Source of the DNA: Lama glama | Taxonomy: Eukaryota | Length of the DNA: 64,000 bases | Assembly (NCBI GenBank): GCA_028534125.1 | Contig: CM052832.1 | Location: forward strand, 14,944,001-15,008,000 | Direction: 5' to 3' | Part shown: one piece after another, positions 60,536 through 64,000 of the stretch | Layout of the letters: every line of letters begins with the position of its first letter | Numbering within the stretch: position 1 is the first letter of the stretch | Notes under the pieces: model-generated | Told to the model about the DNA's origin: nothing | Database searches by the model: none | The model's input: the letters and a program-made list of their open reading frames with translations, nothing else | Made by a program: the position numbers and the translations under genes

Positions 60536-63139
60536 AAAGTTGTACAGCCTGTGAAAGCCCAGACCGCGCCAGCCAGTGGAAGGAAGTGTTAGGGCGGCAA
60601 CTGCGGGCCTGTGGCCGCTTCTCTGCGGGCCTGTGATCGCATTCTCTGTGGGCTAGGGTGTATTCTGGAGCCCTTGAGGCCCTGGGCTGGGTTGGTCTCC
60701 CCTCTGCCACGTGCCTGCTGGGACTGGATGTCCATGTCAGCTCATCTACCAGCTGTAGGACTTGCGGACTCAAGTCCTATAGCTTTAGCCACCCACTCCC
60801 ACCCCTGTCACACTTTGGGAATGGCAACGGGCCTCAGGTCATATCAGGAGATCCTCAAATGGTCTTTGACTTCTGTTTCTCTTGTCTCTATTCCTTTCCA
60901 AGTGGTACAGGAAGGGGAAGGGGAAGAGTGACCCCTGGGGCCTTTAAAAGTGACCTCCCCGGTAACTAGTTGCGGGGAAGCTCCCTTCTACCCTAACTCT
61001 GGGGTGGCCTGAGTCCCGCCAGTTTCCTTCTGCCTCTGGAAGAGGACGCTGCTCCCAATGGGGAGATATGCCCTAGGTCACATAGTGCTCTGTCCCCTCC
61101 AGGCCACTCTGAACCCTCATCTGGAACTTTTCTTAGGGTCAAGAGTGTGGCCCTGGGGTCTCCAGACTGGGAATGAGGGGGTGAGGGTGGGTGCTTCCTA
61201 CCAGATCCCAGAAGCACATGGGATGCCGGGCAGGACACACAGCCCCACAGGCCAGAGTCAACTGGGAAAGGAAAGTAGGGTGGAGGTCGAAGGGCAGGGG
61301 GCCTGGGCTGAGGCAGAGGTGGGCTGGGGGTGTGAGGAGGAGCCAATACCAGCCCCAGGATTCGCCAGAATCCTCCAGGGCTTTGTTTGGTTCCTCTCCA
61401 CACCCGGAGCCTAGCACCAGGCCTGAGGGGGCCTTGGCGCTCAGCAAAAGTTTGGTGAATGGATGGATGAATGAGAGCGAAAGGGGCGGGGGAGGGGCGG
61501 AGGAAGTGGGTAGCTGGGGGGAGGGGAAAGCAGCGGGGTGGGGGAGGGGAGGTAGCCACTGGCGGGAGAGCAGAGGAGGAGGGAGGCGGGCAGAGCTGGG
61601 CGAGCCTGCTGGTCTAGAATCCGGCTAGAAGGAGATGGCGGCGGCGGGGAGGGGCCCAAGAGTTTCCCCTTCCCACCAACCTGGCTTAAACCTCGTTACA
61701 ACCTGCTCCCCCGGCCTCCAGGCCTCTCCCCAACCCCATGAATCCTAGGGGTCGTCTGTCCTCTAAGGCCTTGTCCTCACTGAATTGAGTGGCCGGCTTT
61801 GTTTTCTTACTTTCTTTATTAATTTTCCAGCCACTAGGGGGTTGGTGGCCCTCTGGGACTAGAATACCTGAGTGGCCCTGGGGCAGTCTGATGGCAAACC
61901 CAGACTTGGACCCTCCTCCTGGCTCCTGTCTCCCCACCGTTGCCTTATTTCTGAGATCTGGATGATGGGGAAATAATAGCTCCTGGGATGTGGGCAGCCT
62001 CGGAGAGTCTGGAGTGGGTCTCTAGGGGTAGAGGGGTGAGCCTGTAAGCAGAGAAAACCCGAAGTCTTGCCCTGCTGGCAGCTGCCAGGGACTACTGCCG
62101 GAAGCATTGGAACTCGATGTGGGCAGTGCCAGGCAGGAGCTGCTGACAGCCAGGTTTCTGGGTCACCATCCAGGGTGCCCTGCCAGTTCCCAGGCCTTGG
62201 GAGTGGAGTGGAGTGAGGGTGGGTCTGCATCCCAAGCCTGCTTCCTCCTTTGTCTGGGTGCTTCTGGGCCCTGCTCCCCTCTCCCACTTCCAGCCTTGCT
62301 GGGGCATCTGGAGCCCCAGTGTCCCCCAGCAAGTCCCCCAGCAAGGGACTGATTGTTGATTCTCAAACTTCCTTTGGGTTTGTGGGCTGTGGTGTATAAA
62401 GGTGATCCAGAACCCCTCCTGTTCTCTATCCTCTACCCCTGGTCTCTGGGCTCCGTCCACAGTTCCTATGCATCCCTTTTTCAGGCAGTTTTGCTTGGTG
62501 GGAAGGGGCTTTGGGGGCAGGATGGCTTTCATGGGCAGAAATCCTTGTTTCTAAAGAAGGAATTCATCTTCTCAGTACAGTAAGCTTAGCACCTGGTGCC
62601 CCATCCATCTCAGCATTGGCCTGGTCCAGTTTAAGGTGTTGGCTTGGCTCTCTAGAAGTCAGCAATACTTTTATCCCAAGAGCTCAAAGTACCCATCACA
62701 CAGTCAGTGAAACAGAGATTCAAAGAGGTGAAGTATCTTGCTGTTACAAGGGGTAGAAATGGATAAAAGATGGAGGGTCTAGGGGTGTGGGTGGGGGGCT
62801 AGGCAGTATTTGGTGGCCACTAAGTATTAGAGGTGGAGGGGATGTGACTCAGGTTGGGAGGCTGTGTGCTCACCACTGCTACAGACAGCTGGAGGAGGTG
62901 GGGACAAAAATAACATCTACTACTCCCATCCACACAGGAGGAATTGTGTCCCCACTTCATAGGTGAGGAAATTGAGGCTCATCTGTGAGGTCAGAAGACT
63001 TGCCAAGGCCAGTGGCAGAGCCAGGAATCAGAATGTATGCAGTCTCAATTTTCTGAATCCTGCCCCACCCCACTGAGCTCACCTCAATCCCTACTCTGCT
63101 CTACTTTTTTTTATTCCATCACTTTATCTAACACCTAGA

Positions 63140-63428
63140 CTGTGCTGTCCACCACGTTGCCACTTGGCACAGGTGGCAATCCAGCACTTGAAATGTGGCG
63201 AGTCCAAATTTAGAGGTGCTGGAAGCACTATAAAATCCTCACTGGCTTTCCAAGGCTAAGTATTTTGAAAAATGTAGCAATACTCACTAATATTCTGTGT
63301 ATGATAATATTTGGGTGTATTAGATTAAATGAAATCTATTATTAAAATTAATTTCATGTGTTTCTTTTTACCATTGTAATATTTAACACTGCATGTGTGC
63401 CTCCTATTTTGTTTCTGTTGGACAGTGC
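63140..63428. mobile_element. MER33-like hAT-Charlie element
   Basis: GTGCTGTCCA...CACTTGAAATGTGGC...TGGACAGTGC with inverted termini. Confidence 0.7.
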
Positions 63429-64000
63429 TAGTTCTAGATCATTTGTTTATTAATTATTATTTATTGTTTCCCCACCCACCCCCAGAATGTCAGCTCTTGG
63501 ATGGCAGGAGTTGACATATTTTGCTCACTGTCTTGTTTTGTCCACTGTTGTATTTCAGGTTTTCAGAGCCTGGCGCTGTATTTTATTATAGGTGTTCAGT
63601 AAATATTTGTTTAGTTCAATGGAGCCAATCTGATTCCAGGTCAGTCTCTGAGGGTTAGGAGGGGAGCCTGAGGGAGGGGATCTTTCATCCCTACAGGACC
63701 CCAGGTTGCCCATCTCCTCTACCACCCCACAGGGTTTGACATGGTGATCTGGTTTACCCCCAAAGGGTCCTTCTTGACACCCTGCTCCCCAGTGCGTGTG
63801 GGCACATGGGTCTGGGGTCTAGCTGCAGGTGAGCGATGCTGGAAGCTGGGAGAGGGGCTGCTCTGTGGAAGGAACAGACTGTAAGAGCCGCTGGGACCCT
63901 TGATGCTAGCCCCCGACCCGCCCCGACAGGGGAGACCCTGAGCGCCCACCCTCCGGAGCCGCCGGCCACGCACCTGGGAGCCACGCAGGGAGGGCCCACG

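Overview
Mammalian genomic DNA syntenic with the human NUDT3-SMIM29-HMGA1 locus (6p21.31). It is most likely a camelid, inferred from four tRNA-Ala(AGC)-derived Vic-1-like SINEs. Spliced genes were reconstructed by hand from GT-AG boundaries. On the + strand are the last three coding exons of NUDT3 (DIPP1) with an approximately 8 kb 3'UTR, and the complete 102-aa SMIM29. On the - strand is the complete HMGA1, with both HMGA1a (107 aa) and HMGA1b (96 aa) donors, non-coding 5' exons and a CpG-island promoter. The first 40 kb is AT-rich and, outside the NUDT3 3'UTR, full of old L1, L2, MIR, MER, Tigger and LTR fragments; the last 24 kb is GC-rich. Almost all ORFs in the six-frame track are spurious. 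I found no convincing wholly new biological system. The best leads are regulatory: (1) a 26-nt SMIM29 microexon that recreates a near-native 5' splice site and whose loss predicts NMD; (2) two uORFs overlapping the SMIM29 start codon; (3) SMIM29 and HMGA1 poly(A) signals only about 210 bp apart, tail to tail; (4) an AT-rich tract in the HMGA1 CpG island that could support autoregulation; (5) inverted SINEs around NUDT3 exons; (6) a diverged counterpart of the mirtron MIR6835. Repeat family names and comparisons with human sequences come from recall, not database searches, and repeat boundaries are approximate.
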